Below are positions 37,166 through 37,307 of a stretch of 37,307 bases of DNA, one piece after another. The DNA comes from Candidatus Sumerlaeia bacterium (GTDB lineage Bacteria; Sumerlaeota; Sumerlaeia; SLMS01). A model generated the notes under the pieces. The model made no database searches. It was given only the letters and a program-made list of their open reading frames with translations, and was not told the origin of the DNA. The translations under genes and the position numbers were made by a program. The number at the start of each line of letters is the position of its first letter. Position 1 is the stretch's first letter. Location of the stretch: NCBI GenBank assembly GCA_038208905.1, contig JBBQYG010000019.1, positions 1-37,307 on the forward strand, read 5' to 3'.

Positions 37166-37307
37166 TCCCGTCGTTCCCGCTTTTCCCGTCGTTCCCGTCG
37201 TTCCCGTCGTTCCCGCCTTTCCCGCCTTTCCCGCCTTTCCCGCCTTTCCCGCCGTTCCCGCCGTTCCCGCCGTTCCCGCCGTTCCCGCCGTTCCCGCCGT
37301 TCCCGCC
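37166..37307. repeat. 9-bp tandem repeat array running to the window end
   Basis: 15 full units plus one partial unit of TCCCGTCGT / TCCCGCCTT / TCCCGCCGT, strictly 9-periodic. Degenerate inverted units at 36917-36965. Confidence 0.95.

Noticed and set aside
37166-37307. CRISPR array
   Set aside because: Contiguous 9-bp units with no unique spacers, and no cas genes nearby.

Overview
GC-rich bacterial DNA with about 27 intact genes plus gene remnants. I saw no rRNA, tRNA, CRISPR array or transposase. The lineage is probably Candidatus Sumerlaeota (BRC1) or similar; this is inferred only from recalled protein C-terminal motifs. Left to right: an amidase/SH3/NlpC-P60 fusion; a decayed secreted-protein pseudogene; a light/oxidative-stress cluster (SRPBCC-TIGR01777, FAD oxidoreductase, B12-binding CarH/LitR regulator, SDR, UfaD-like, Cfa/UfaM-like, DUF1475, chalcone-isomerase-like) interrupted by a secreted metalloprotease; two GT-C glycosyltransferase genes, each coupled to a hydrolase gene; an AAA+ ATPase/lipoprotein/acpS operon; an MFS transporter and GH20; a primase-type Zn-finger/TPR protein; a PQQ sugar dehydrogenase with cadherin-like repeats; PhoX; DUF4126; and a terminal 9-bp tandem array. 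Main leads: (1) two unrelated exported proteins end in the same T-x-V-x-D-W-x-h-h motif, a candidate sorting signal; (2) GTAG-type REP doublets (REPINs) lie in frame within the signal-peptide coding regions of two genes; (3) a shared TTGC(A/C)TAGACAA site suggests a CarH regulon, and the expected ufaO/DUF1365 gene is replaced by a 27-aa mini-ORF.
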